From: Thermoflexales bacterium
GTDB taxonomy: Bacteria; Chloroflexota; Anaerolineae; B4-G1; SLSP01
Length of the DNA: 52,885 nt
NCBI GenBank assembly: GCA_007125545.1
Contig: SLDA01000197.1
Span: forward strand, 1 to 52,885
Direction: 5' to 3'
The first letter of the stretch is position 1; every line of letters starts with the position of its first letter. Shown here in pieces: positions 43,822-51,590 of the stretch. The position numbers were made by a program, and so were the translations under genes. The notes below the pieces were generated by a model, which was not told where the DNA came from, searched no databases, and saw only the letters and a list, made by a program, of their open reading frames with translations.

Positions 43822-46248
43822 TTACCGGTCGCTGCTCTTCCTGAGGGGCTTGAGGTAAGCCACGGCGCGTTGCTGCTCGTCATTCATCACGATCTCGATG
43901 TGACGTCCCCCGGTGACTGCCGGAACGTCTATGACCTTGACATATTCACTGTACTCTGCATCTGCGGGCAAGAGGGCTGAGAGCCGATTAGGAGCGCGAT
44001 CCAGGAAGTCAGTGTTGAGACTTACGCCACGGTGCCCCAACGGTACCGGCAATGGGAAGATCCCGGCTTCCACAAGGTCCTGGAAGAAATGCGTGCCATA
44101 GGACGGTTCCCCACCCATGCCCGATTCCGCTGCGGCGACCTCAACGAGGACACGTGCATTGAAAATATCGGCATAGGTAACCTTGACGCCCAAATCGACA
44201 TCCGAGCTGCCCCAGCGTCCCGGGCCGATCAGCACGAAGACCTCATTACGTAGCTTCTCGTTTAGGCGCCCGATCACACGCGCGATCTCCAACTTGACCG
44301 TGCTCCCCACGGAAGCTGAATGGTTCGGTGCCCGATGGTAGCTCTTAGCATCGACGTAGACGACGTACCGCACGTCTGACACAACACCCTGAGGGACCAT
44401 CTCCGTCGTCTGAAGGATCAGATCCTGCGGTGGGATGGGCTCGGGAATATCCACCGCTGCTTGTTGTTTCCGGCTGACCATCGGTCTGCATTGGAGCAGG
44501 TGGATTGTGTATGTAGCATGTGGATGGCCCGGTTCGATGTCGACGGTGAACTCGATGTCGACGGGCCAGCGGTGCCCTCGTTCCAGTCGGCTCAGCATCG
44601 CTTTCATCAGGTCAATAAAGGCCGTGTCCTCCACGAGCCGGTCGAAGGTCAGCAGCAGGCTCCCCCGTTCGTTCCCACTCAGGCGCGCGAAGATGGGGAC
44701 GAGGTAACCATCCTTATCCATAGAAGCGAGGTAGCGTAGAGCCGGGTAGTCGTGTTGCAGCACCTCGGCGACCGGCAAGGTTTTGATTGTATGATCGTTG
44801 AGGTCCAGTACATCGATATAGCGCTGGGCATGTTTGCGCGTCTGCTCAGTGCCTATGAAGGGTCGGAGCTTAGGGTGGCTTAGCGCGACCAGGCGCGGAT
44901 AGTCATTGGCGACACGCTCCACTGCGCGGGTACCGAAGCCGGAGACCAGGCGTAGGAATCCGTCCTCGCGTCGAATCTTCGGATTCCAGCGAATTGGGTT
45001 GCGGCTGTAGCCCACTCCCGCAACCGTCGGGAAGAGGTAATTGCGGTAGCGCTTACCCTCCACTTTCTGAATGAGCACGGCCATGCGCTCGTCGTAGTCT
45101 ACCAAGCCCATCTGCTGCCGGTAGAGTAGTGCGTCGGGGCTCAGCGTGCTGGCGTAGACGCGTCCGATTGCCTGCAGGAGGTCTCCCAGATTCTCGCTGG
45201 GCGTGCCCTGGTTCGCACAGAAAACGCTTTCGTACTTGCCCGCGAGTGCCGCACCGAAGTGGACCTCGAGCAAGCTCGATGATCGCACGATGAGCGGGCT
45301 GTTCCCCACGTCATCGAGCAGGGCTCTGAGCCTTTGAACGATATCCACCGGGAAGCGCCCCTTTTGGTACAACTCACGAATGCGGGGGTGGTCCGCGATA
45401 ATCTCCTCGCTTCGGCGGTACTTCTGGTCCATAAAATGCGAAAATCCATTAATGGCCATAAAGTCGTAGAAGACATCGGCTCCGATGTAATAGGAGTCGG
45501 GGATCTTCACATAGCACGGAATGCTTGTCCCATCGTCGGTCATAAGCGTGTTGCCCTCGTCATTCCCGCCTTCTGCGTGCAGCATCTTGCGGGCCAGCAA
45601 CAATCCGGCGGCTTTGCCTCCGATTTTGCCGTGACCGATAAGGTTGCGGCGCACTTCTTGTAGATCCTCGATAGTCAGAATCTCCTTGGCAATGCCAACA
45701 TATTCCAGTTGGTCACTCAGCATACCTTTGATCAGGACAACGATGATCTCACGGAGGTGGTGTTCTACAAACGCCAACTCCGATGACGGCAGGGCGGCAT
45801 AGGCCTCTCCCTGCGCGAAGAGCAGGTCCATAGGAGCGAGCTCCGGGTTGAAGTCAAGCACGCCCGGGTGTTGGTCCATTGTCGCTGACTCCGAGAGCCC
45901 CTGGTGAATGACCTCATCAAGACGCTCCGGCGGGAAGTTGTAAGCAAAGTAGAAGTCGGTGAGTTGATCGCGGATAACCGACATGCGGTGGTGCCAGACT
46001 GCTGCCGACTCCTGTCCGTAAGGGTCGGCGAGCCCCTCGCGTGCCTGTGAGGCAATGGCTTTCTGCCGGACCTCGGCTTCGAGCGCCGCTGGGGTCAGTA
46101 TGCCGGCAGAGAAAAGTGCCCGGCGCATCAACTCCCGGATGCGGGGAGCCAGGATTGGGTATTGCGCCAGGCGGATGTGGATGCCATAGACCTCATGGAG
46201 TTGTTCGTGGTATGCACTGCTGCCGATGATCCATTCTACATCGCTCAT
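43822..46248 (-). CDS. PEP/pyruvate-binding (PPDK_N, ATP-grasp) domain protein lacking a recognisable phosphohistidine swivel domain
   Basis: GHGKIGGKAAGLLLARKML ... RSSSLLE ... matches the PpsA/PPDK N-terminal nucleotide-binding domain. No GGxTSHAA motif occurs anywhere in the 808 aa. Confidence 0.7.
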   Translation of the reverse strand: MSDVEWIIGSSAYHEQLHEVYGIHIRLAQYPILAPRIRELMRRALFSAGILTPAALEAEVRQKAIASQAREGLADPYGQESAAVWHHRMSVIRDQLTDFYFAYNFPPERLDEVIHQGLSESATMDQHPGVLDFNPELAPMDLLFAQGEAYAALPSSELAFVEHHLREIIVVLIKGMLSDQLEYVGIAKEILTIEDLQEVRRNLIGHGKIGGKAAGLLLARKMLHAEGGNDEGNTLMTDDGTSIPCYVKIPDSYYIGADVFYDFMAINGFSHFMDQKYRRSEEIIADHPRIRELYQKGRFPVDIVQRLRALLDDVGNSPLIVRSSSLLEVHFGAALAGKYESVFCANQGTPSENLGDLLQAIGRVYASTLSPDALLYRQQMGLVDYDERMAVLIQKVEGKRYRNYLFPTVAGVGYSRNPIRWNPKIRREDGFLRLVSGFGTRAVERVANDYPRLVALSHPKLRPFIGTEQTRKHAQRYIDVLDLNDHTIKTLPVAEVLQHDYPALRYLASMDKDGYLVPIFARLSGNERGSLLLTFDRLVEDTAFIDLMKAMLSRLERGHRWPVDIEFTVDIEPGHPHATYTIHLLQCRPMVSRKQQAAVDIPEPIPPQDLILQTTEMVPQGVVSDVRYVVYVDAKSYHRAPNHSASVGSTVKLEIARVIGRLNEKLRNEVFVLIGPGRWGSSDVDLGVKVTYADIFNARVLVEVAAAESGMGGEPSYGTHFFQDLVEAGIFPLPVPLGHRGVSLNTDFLDRAPNRLSALLPADAEYSEYVKVIDVPAVTGGRHIEIVMNDEQQRAVAYLKPLRKSSDR

Positions 46249-46285
46249 ATTGCGCTCCCATCTATCAATGCCAGGATCTGAGGCT

Positions 46286-46294
46286 ATTGTAGCA
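46286..46294 (-). promoter_or_regulatory. Extended -10 element TGcTACAAT upstream of the PEP-binding-domain gene
   Basis: The minus strand reads tgctacaat about 38 nt upstream of the ATG at 46248, with GGGAG as RBS. Confidence 0.35.
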
Positions 46295-46328
46295 GATGCC
46301 CGTCACGCGGGTAGCAACCAACTCATAC

Positions 46329-46361
46329 CAAGCGCGATCCTTACACGCCGGATCGCGCTTG
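46329..46361 (-). terminator. Hairpin after ecfT
   Basis: caagcgcgatcc/ggatcgcgcttg is a 12-bp perfect stem with a 9-nt loop, 47 nt downstream of the ecfT stop on the minus strand. Confidence 0.5.
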
Positions 46362-46407
46362 GGTAACGTGCCAGCCGGGTAGGTCGCGTGATGGACCAGA
46401 ATCGGGC

Positions 46408-47226
46408 CTACAACATCAGGATCAGGGCCGCGGAGGCGAGAGCTAGCAGCATCGCCAGCATATCTGCCCCCTGGTACCGCAGCTCGATGAGGGAGGTTCG
46501 CGGCTCTTGACTCCGATAGCCGCGAGCCTCCATCGCGAGAGCGAGATTCTCGGCTCGTTGCAAGCTCACAAGAAAGAGCGGTACGATGACCGGCAGCACC
46601 TGGCGGGCGCGGCGTAGAGGCCCCCCCCGTCCCGTGCCCCATTCGGCACCGCGAGAGGCCTGGGCTTTGGTAATCCGCTCGGCCTCCAGGGCCAGGAGCG
46701 GCAGAAAACGGAGAGCCACTTGCACCATCAGCACGAAGTCCTGGACGGGAAGACGAAGCTTGACCAGCGGGTGCAACAGGGCTTCCAGTCCGCGCACGAT
46801 CTCCGTCGTGGAGGTGGCCGCCGAGAAGGCTGAAATCAGCAGGATCAGGGCCGGGAAGCGCAGTAGCAGGCTAAGGCCGCTGAGCAGGCTGGTCAGCGAG
46901 ACGTTGAAAGGCCCCCAGTCCCAGATCAGGTCCGGGGCCGCGCCGGGGCCGAAGAGAGTTTGAATCACGGCGAGGATGAAGATGAAGGGGAGGGGGGTAA
47001 GCAGCCCCTTGAGAGTATACGAGAGCGGGATGCGCGCTAGAAGAGTGATGGCAAGTGCGCCGGCAAGCGCGAGGACCAGCCCCACCCATTGCTGTGTCAC
47101 GGTGGTCGCTATGAGGAGCAGGGTCACGCCGACGAGCCGGGTCCGGGGGTCGAGCTTATGGACCGGCGAGTTTGTCGGTACGTACTGGCCGATGGTAATG
47201 TATCGCTGAAATTCGAAGCTCTCCAC
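46408..47226 (-). CDS. ecfT: ECF transporter transmembrane (T) component
   Basis: HKLDPRTRLV..., multiple TM helices, and C-terminal ALAMEARGY (the conserved Ala-Arg-Gly coupling motif). Confidence 0.88.
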   Translation of the reverse strand: MESFEFQRYITIGQYVPTNSPVHKLDPRTRLVGVTLLLIATTVTQQWVGLVLALAGALAITLLARIPLSYTLKGLLTPLPFIFILAVIQTLFGPGAAPDLIWDWGPFNVSLTSLLSGLSLLLRFPALILLISAFSAATSTTEIVRGLEALLHPLVKLRLPVQDFVLMVQVALRFLPLLALEAERITKAQASRGAEWGTGRGGPLRRARQVLPVIVPLFLVSLQRAENLALAMEARGYRSQEPRTSLIELRYQGADMLAMLLALASAALILML

Positions 47227-47229
47227 AGG

Positions 47230-49029
47230 CTAGCACTCCTCTTGTCTACAGCAGCGTGCGAGATGCTCGACCAACTGGCCTGGCTCCACCAGATTGTCCG
47301 GTAGCGTCCATCCTCGTTCCCGCAGGGCTGTGGCTACTTGTGCGGCAACGGGTTGCTCCAGTCCCCAGGAGAGCAACTCCTCGCCGCGTGTGAAGATTTG
47401 CCTCATAGGGCCCGAGGCCACGGTGGTCCCGTCTACCATAACGGTGAGTTCGCTGACAAGTTGGGCGACATCCTCCATCTGGTGTGATGAGATTGCCAGC
47501 ACCATTCCCGAATGCTGCAGTGCGGTAAGGTGATCGAGGATCTCGACCCGCGAAGCCGGATCGAGACCCGCAGTGGGTTCGTCGAGCAAGAGAGCCCGCG
47601 GTTGCAGGGAAAGTATAGCGGCGAGCGCTACCTTGCGCTTCTCGCCGCCGCTCAGGGCAAAGGTGTAGCGGTCCTTGAAGGCCTCAAAGTCCAGTCCGAC
47701 GAGGGCCATGGCCCAGCGGACCCGTTCGCGCAGTGCTTCGCCTGTGAGCCCGGCGAGGCGGGGCCCGTAAGCAATCTCGTCGCCGACATACTGCTCGAAG
47801 ATCTGGGACTCCGGCGTCTGAAAGACGAGACCGACCGATCGGCGAACGTGCCGAAGATCGACGTCCGGATCATTGAGATCGTAGCTACCGACCCGAACGT
47901 TGCCTTCTTGCGGTCGCAGGAGCCCATTCAGATGCTGCAGCAACGTGGACTTGCCCGAGCCGGTTGCTCCGATCAGCCCATGGGGAAGCTCGTCGCGTAT
48001 GGCAATCGTAGCATCACGGAGGGCCAGGTGGGCGAAGGGCGTGCCCGCCATATAGGTATGACCTAGCCCGGTGGCCTGGATCAGGGCCGGACTGGAGGCG
48101 CCCACGCCGTCCTCAGAGGACTCGATGCTCTCCTGATCGGGAGGACAGTCAATCACCCGGCGAGGTAGGCGGTCGAGAGCTGTAACGAGGTCGGAGACGC
48201 TGAGCACTTTATTGATCGCAGCAGCTGCGGTGTCTGAAACTGGGATCGTGTCCAGAATCTGACGAGCTAGGCGCGCAGCGGGCGGGAGATCAAGGCCAAA
48301 GGGGCGCACTTGGTCCGCGTCCGTGAAAATCTCATTGGGTGGACCCTCAAGCGCGACCCGGCCCTTATGGAGGACGACGATGCGGTCGGCATCCAATACC
48401 TCCTCCATCAGATGCGTGATGAGGATCAGCGTCAAGCCCTGTTCGTGGAGCTCGCGAAGCAGAGCGCGCACGGCCCGCCGCCCTACAGGGTCCAGCATAG
48501 CGGTGACCTCGTCGAAGATGATGCAGGCGGGCCGCATCGCGAGCACGCCCGCCAGCGCTAAGCGCTGCATTTGACCCGCTGAGAGCATATGTGGCGGGCG
48601 ACGGCGCTCCTCCCAGAGATCGAGTCTGTGCAGGACTTCATCCACCCGCGTGCGGATCTCGGCGGTCGGCAATCCCATATTCTCCAGTCCGAAGGCCACA
48701 TCGTGCTCAACGAGGGTAGCGACGGTTTGATCCTCGGGACGCTGGAAGACCATCCCCACCATCCGGCGAATCTCCGGATGGTTTCGCGGGTTCCGCGTAT
48801 CAAGTCCGCCAATGGTGACGGCGCCCTGGGTAGGAACGAGCAGGGCATTGAGATGTCGTGCCAGCGTAGTTTTGCCCGAACCGTTTGCGCCGACGACCGC
48901 CACATACTCGCCCTCCTCTATTTGCAGCGAGAGTTGAGCCAGTGCCGGAAGTGGCCGGTCTACGCCCGCCTGTCCAGGCGTTCCACTATAGGTATAGCTA
49001 ACTGAATCGACCCGTATGAGAGGTTTCAC
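47230..49029 (-). CDS. ecfA: Fused ECF transporter ATPase (EcfA-EcfA' in one polypeptide)
   Basis: There are two complete ABC cassettes: GANGSGKTT ... LSAGQMQRLALA ... IIFDE, and GATGSGKST ... LSGGEKRKVALA ... LLLDEP. I place the start at the GTG at 49029 (VKPLIRVDSVSYTY). The track ORF continues to 49815, but that stretch is antisense to the S-component gene. Confidence 0.85.
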   Translation of the reverse strand: MKPLIRVDSVSYTYSGTPGQAGVDRPLPALAQLSLQIEEGEYVAVVGANGSGKTTLARHLNALLVPTQGAVTIGGLDTRNPRNHPEIRRMVGMVFQRPEDQTVATLVEHDVAFGLENMGLPTAEIRTRVDEVLHRLDLWEERRRPPHMLSAGQMQRLALAGVLAMRPACIIFDEVTAMLDPVGRRAVRALLRELHEQGLTLILITHLMEEVLDADRIVVLHKGRVALEGPPNEIFTDADQVRPFGLDLPPAARLARQILDTIPVSDTAAAAINKVLSVSDLVTALDRLPRRVIDCPPDQESIESSEDGVGASSPALIQATGLGHTYMAGTPFAHLALRDATIAIRDELPHGLIGATGSGKSTLLQHLNGLLRPQEGNVRVGSYDLNDPDVDLRHVRRSVGLVFQTPESQIFEQYVGDEIAYGPRLAGLTGEALRERVRWAMALVGLDFEAFKDRYTFALSGGEKRKVALAAILSLQPRALLLDEPTAGLDPASRVEILDHLTALQHSGMVLAISSHQMEDVAQLVSELTVMVDGTTVASGPMRQIFTRGEELLSWGLEQPVAAQVATALRERGWTLPDNLVEPGQLVEHLARCCRQEEC

Positions 49030-49036
49030 GCTAAAG

Positions 49037-49064
49037 AGTATAAGAGGGGATGGTGTGGGGTCAA
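49037..49064 (-). promoter_or_regulatory. Putative ecfAA'-ecfT promoter TTGACC-16-TATACT, positioned for a leaderless or near-leaderless mRNA
   Basis: On the minus strand TTGACC is at plus 49059-49064 and TATACT at plus 49037-49042. Only 7 nt (ctttagc) separate the -10 from the GTG at 49029, and there is no Shine-Dalgarno. Confidence 0.45.
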
Positions 49065-49101
49065 TGTGATTAGGCTTTGATGCTGCAGTTATGCGAGGTT
49101 T

Positions 49102-49110
49102 TGGTATAAT
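49102..49110 (+). promoter_or_regulatory. Extended -10 element TGgTATAAT for the S-component/cofD/cofC operon
   Basis: ttggtataat is at 49101-49110, 56 nt upstream of the ATG at 49166. RBS is GGAGAAG. Confidence 0.45.
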
Positions 49111-49165
49111 CCAACGATGATGGCTCTTATCATTCATCTTAGGTATTCGCACTGGAGAAGATATT

Positions 49166-49879
49166 ATGGCAAGTGATCGAACACGTAAAATCGTGATTGC
49201 AGGGGTCTTGGGTGCCATTTCCGCACTCCTTGGCTGGACACGTTTGGGCTTTATCCCGTGGTTCACAGGGGCCTCATTGACGATTATGCACGTACCCGTG
49301 ATCATCGGCGCGATACTGGAAGGGCCGGTGGTTGGCCTGGCAGTGGGCTTGATATTCGGCGCGTTCAGTATGTTGCAGGCAGCCATCGCTCCCGCCGGAC
49401 CCGCCGATGTCTGGTTCACCAATCCCCTGTTAGCAGTGCTGCCCCGCTTGTTCATCGGTCCCGTCGCTTGGCTGGCGTATGGGCTCCTGAAACGTCGTCC
49501 CCGTTGGGGAGTGGTGATCGCTGTGTTTGCCGGACCACTTTTCGCGCTCTCGTTGATCGAGCTGGTCGGGTACAGCTTCTGGCTGGCGTTCGGCGTGTTT
49601 TCGCTGGTGAACATTCTCCTGGCGCTTTTCGTCTGGCAGACTATGCTGGAGAAACCCGAGACGGCGCTTGTCGGCGCCGGCATTGTCGGCAGCTTAACCA
49701 ATACAATCCTGGTTTTGGGAATGATTGGGGTTCTGGGACTGCTCCCTTGGTCATTGCTGCCGCCCATCGCATTGATCAATGGCTTACCCGAGGCTATCGG
49801 TTCCGCTCTGATCACGGTGGCCGTGGTAGGGGCTTGGCAGCGGATTCAGATTGGCTCTCGGAGAGGTTCGAAGCTGTAG
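49166..49879 (+). CDS. ECF transporter substrate-specific (S) component, substrate unknown
   Basis: 237 aa with about 6 TM helices. [55 protein letters not shown] is the typical S-component N-terminal pattern. It is divergent from ecfAA'T. Confidence 0.75.
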   Translation: MASDRTRKIVIAGVLGAISALLGWTRLGFIPWFTGASLTIMHVPVIIGAILEGPVVGLAVGLIFGAFSMLQAAIAPAGPADVWFTNPLLAVLPRLFIGPVAWLAYGLLKRRPRWGVVIAVFAGPLFALSLIELVGYSFWLAFGVFSLVNILLALFVWQTMLEKPETALVGAGIVGSLTNTILVLGMIGVLGLLPWSLLPPIALINGLPEAIGSALITVAVVGAWQRIQIGSRRGSKL

Positions 49880-49885
49880 GCATTT

Positions 49886-50911
49886 ATGGGACGACATGGC
49901 TCTTCGATGCCTGCAGCGGGGTCTACCGTTGTCGGTGACCTGCATATCGTAGCGCTCGCGGGTGGCGTGGGGGGTGCCAAATTGGTCCAGGGACTGGCCC
50001 ATCTCTTGCCCCCCGCGCAGCTGCGCATCATCGTGAACACCGGTGATGACTTCGAGCATCTGGGGCTCTCGATCTCTCCGGACGTCGATACGGTGATGTA
50101 TACTTTGGCGGGGTTGGCGAACCCTGAGACCGGCTGGGGGATCGCGGATGAGACCTTTCACTGCCTGGAAACGCTGACTCGGCTAGGCGGACCTGCATGG
50201 TTTCGCCTGGGCGATCGAGATCTGGCGATTCATCTGCTGCGGACCGAGAAGTTGCGTGCTGGGATACGGCTCACCGAGGTGACGCATCAGCTCGCCACAG
50301 CCCTCGGCGTCCATCATGCGCTTCTGCCGATGACTGATGACCCGTTCCGCACGATGGTGGTGACACCCGGCGGAGAGCTTTCCTTTCAGGAATACTTCGT
50401 TCACCAGAAGTGTCGCCCTATCGTCCAGGGCTTTCGATGGGAGCATAGCGACAATGCCGGTCCCACCCCCGAGGTCTTGGCTGCCTTGGACTGGGCGGAT
50501 GCCGTCGTTGTTTGTCCCTCGAACCCCTACGTAAGCGTTGACCCGATTCTCGCGTTGCACGGGGTTCGGGATGCGGTACGGGCGAAGCCGGTTGTTGCTG
50601 TCAGCCCCATCATTGGTGGCGCGGCAGTTAAGGGGCCCGCCGCCAAGATGCTGCAGGAGTTGGAGGGCGGGGCTTCGGCATTAGCTGTGGCAGCCCATTA
50701 TGGGAACCTTCTCTCCGCGTTTGTTCTGGACTCGGTCGACGCTTCGCTGGCACCTGCAGTCCGCGACTTGGGGGTCGAGGTCCTCGTGGCTCAGACGTTG
50801 ATGCCGGGGCTGGAGGAGCGTGTCGCGCTGGCACGGGTGGTGTTGACCTTGGCTGCTTCCGTGGTCGATGGGACTGCACGTTTCACGGCCTGTGCGCGCC
50901 GGCGCGACTAG
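49886..50911 (+). CDS. cofD: 2-phospho-L-lactate (LPPG/EPPG):Fo transferase, F420 biosynthesis
   Basis: [16 protein letters not shown] ... [29 protein letters not shown] ... GWGIADETF ... [15 protein letters not shown] is the CofD/FbiA signature. The start is 6 nt after the S-component stop. Confidence 0.9.
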   Translation: MGRHGSSMPAAGSTVVGDLHIVALAGGVGGAKLVQGLAHLLPPAQLRIIVNTGDDFEHLGLSISPDVDTVMYTLAGLANPETGWGIADETFHCLETLTRLGGPAWFRLGDRDLAIHLLRTEKLRAGIRLTEVTHQLATALGVHHALLPMTDDPFRTMVVTPGGELSFQEYFVHQKCRPIVQGFRWEHSDNAGPTPEVLAALDWADAVVVCPSNPYVSVDPILALHGVRDAVRAKPVVAVSPIIGGAAVKGPAAKMLQELEGGASALAVAAHYGNLLSAFVLDSVDASLAPAVRDLGVEVLVAQTLMPGLEERVALARVVLTLAASVVDGTARFTACARRRD

Positions 50912-50913
50912 CT

Positions 50914-51537
50914 GTGGTGCAGAAAGCACCAGGGAGACAGTCCGTGGAGATCTGGGCTCTTATCCCGGTCAAGCCATTGGCCGAATCGAAGACGCGGTTG
51001 GCCCTCGCCCTCAAGCCTCCTGATCGGGTGAAGTTGGTGCGTGCCATGCTTCATCACACGCTGCAGGTGCTTGGTCGTGTCAGGAAACTGGGCGGAGTCG
51101 CGGTTGTGACACCCGATGTTGCCGTGTCGGCGCTCGCGATCGAGTACGGTGCCCGTGTGTTGCACGAACCTTGTGCTCCGGGGCTGAATGCATCCCTCTC
51201 CTGGGCGACGACCCATCTCCGTGATGCCGGCGCCGGAGGCGTGCTTGTCATACCGGGCGATCTGCCTTTGCTCCGCGAGGAGAGCGTTGAGGCGCTGCTC
51301 GCGGCGGCGACAAGCCCCGGTGTGGTCGTTTCGCCCGACCGCCACCGCCAGGGCACCAACGCACTGTTGGTTGCGCCTCCGTCATTGATCCCCTATCGCT
51401 TTGGCAGGGATTCGTTCCAGCGTCACCAGGATGCCGCAACAGCGGCGGGCGTCAAACCCGTGGTAGTTGAGACGCCGGACCTCGCGGCGGACGTGGATTT
51501 GCCTGAGGATCTGAGTGTGGTGGAGGCGATGCGCTAG
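50914..51537 (+). CDS. cofC: Phospholactate/phosphoenolpyruvate guanylyltransferase, F420 biosynthesis
   Basis: IWALIPVKPLAESKTRLA ... GLNASL ... VLVIPGDLPLL ... GTNALLV ... FGRDSFQRH is the CofC/FbiD signature. The GTG start is 2 nt after the cofD stop. Confidence 0.88.
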   Translation: MVQKAPGRQSVEIWALIPVKPLAESKTRLALALKPPDRVKLVRAMLHHTLQVLGRVRKLGGVAVVTPDVAVSALAIEYGARVLHEPCAPGLNASLSWATTHLRDAGAGGVLVIPGDLPLLREESVEALLAAATSPGVVVSPDRHRQGTNALLVAPPSLIPYRFGRDSFQRHQDAATAAGVKPVVVETPDLAADVDLPEDLSVVEAMR

Positions 51538-51590
51538 GTCGCACCATAAGCCGTCTTTGATGAGAGTGGAAAGCCAGGGGGACCATAAGG

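Noticed and set aside
49030-49815. The N-terminal 262 codons of the 861-aa minus-strand ORF (47230-49815).
   Set aside because: This stretch is antisense to a convincing ECF S-component gene (49166-49879) and crosses the AT-rich promoter spacer. Its sequence is low-complexity (P/S/A/T/I-rich). The ABC ATPase homology begins only at the GTG at 49029.
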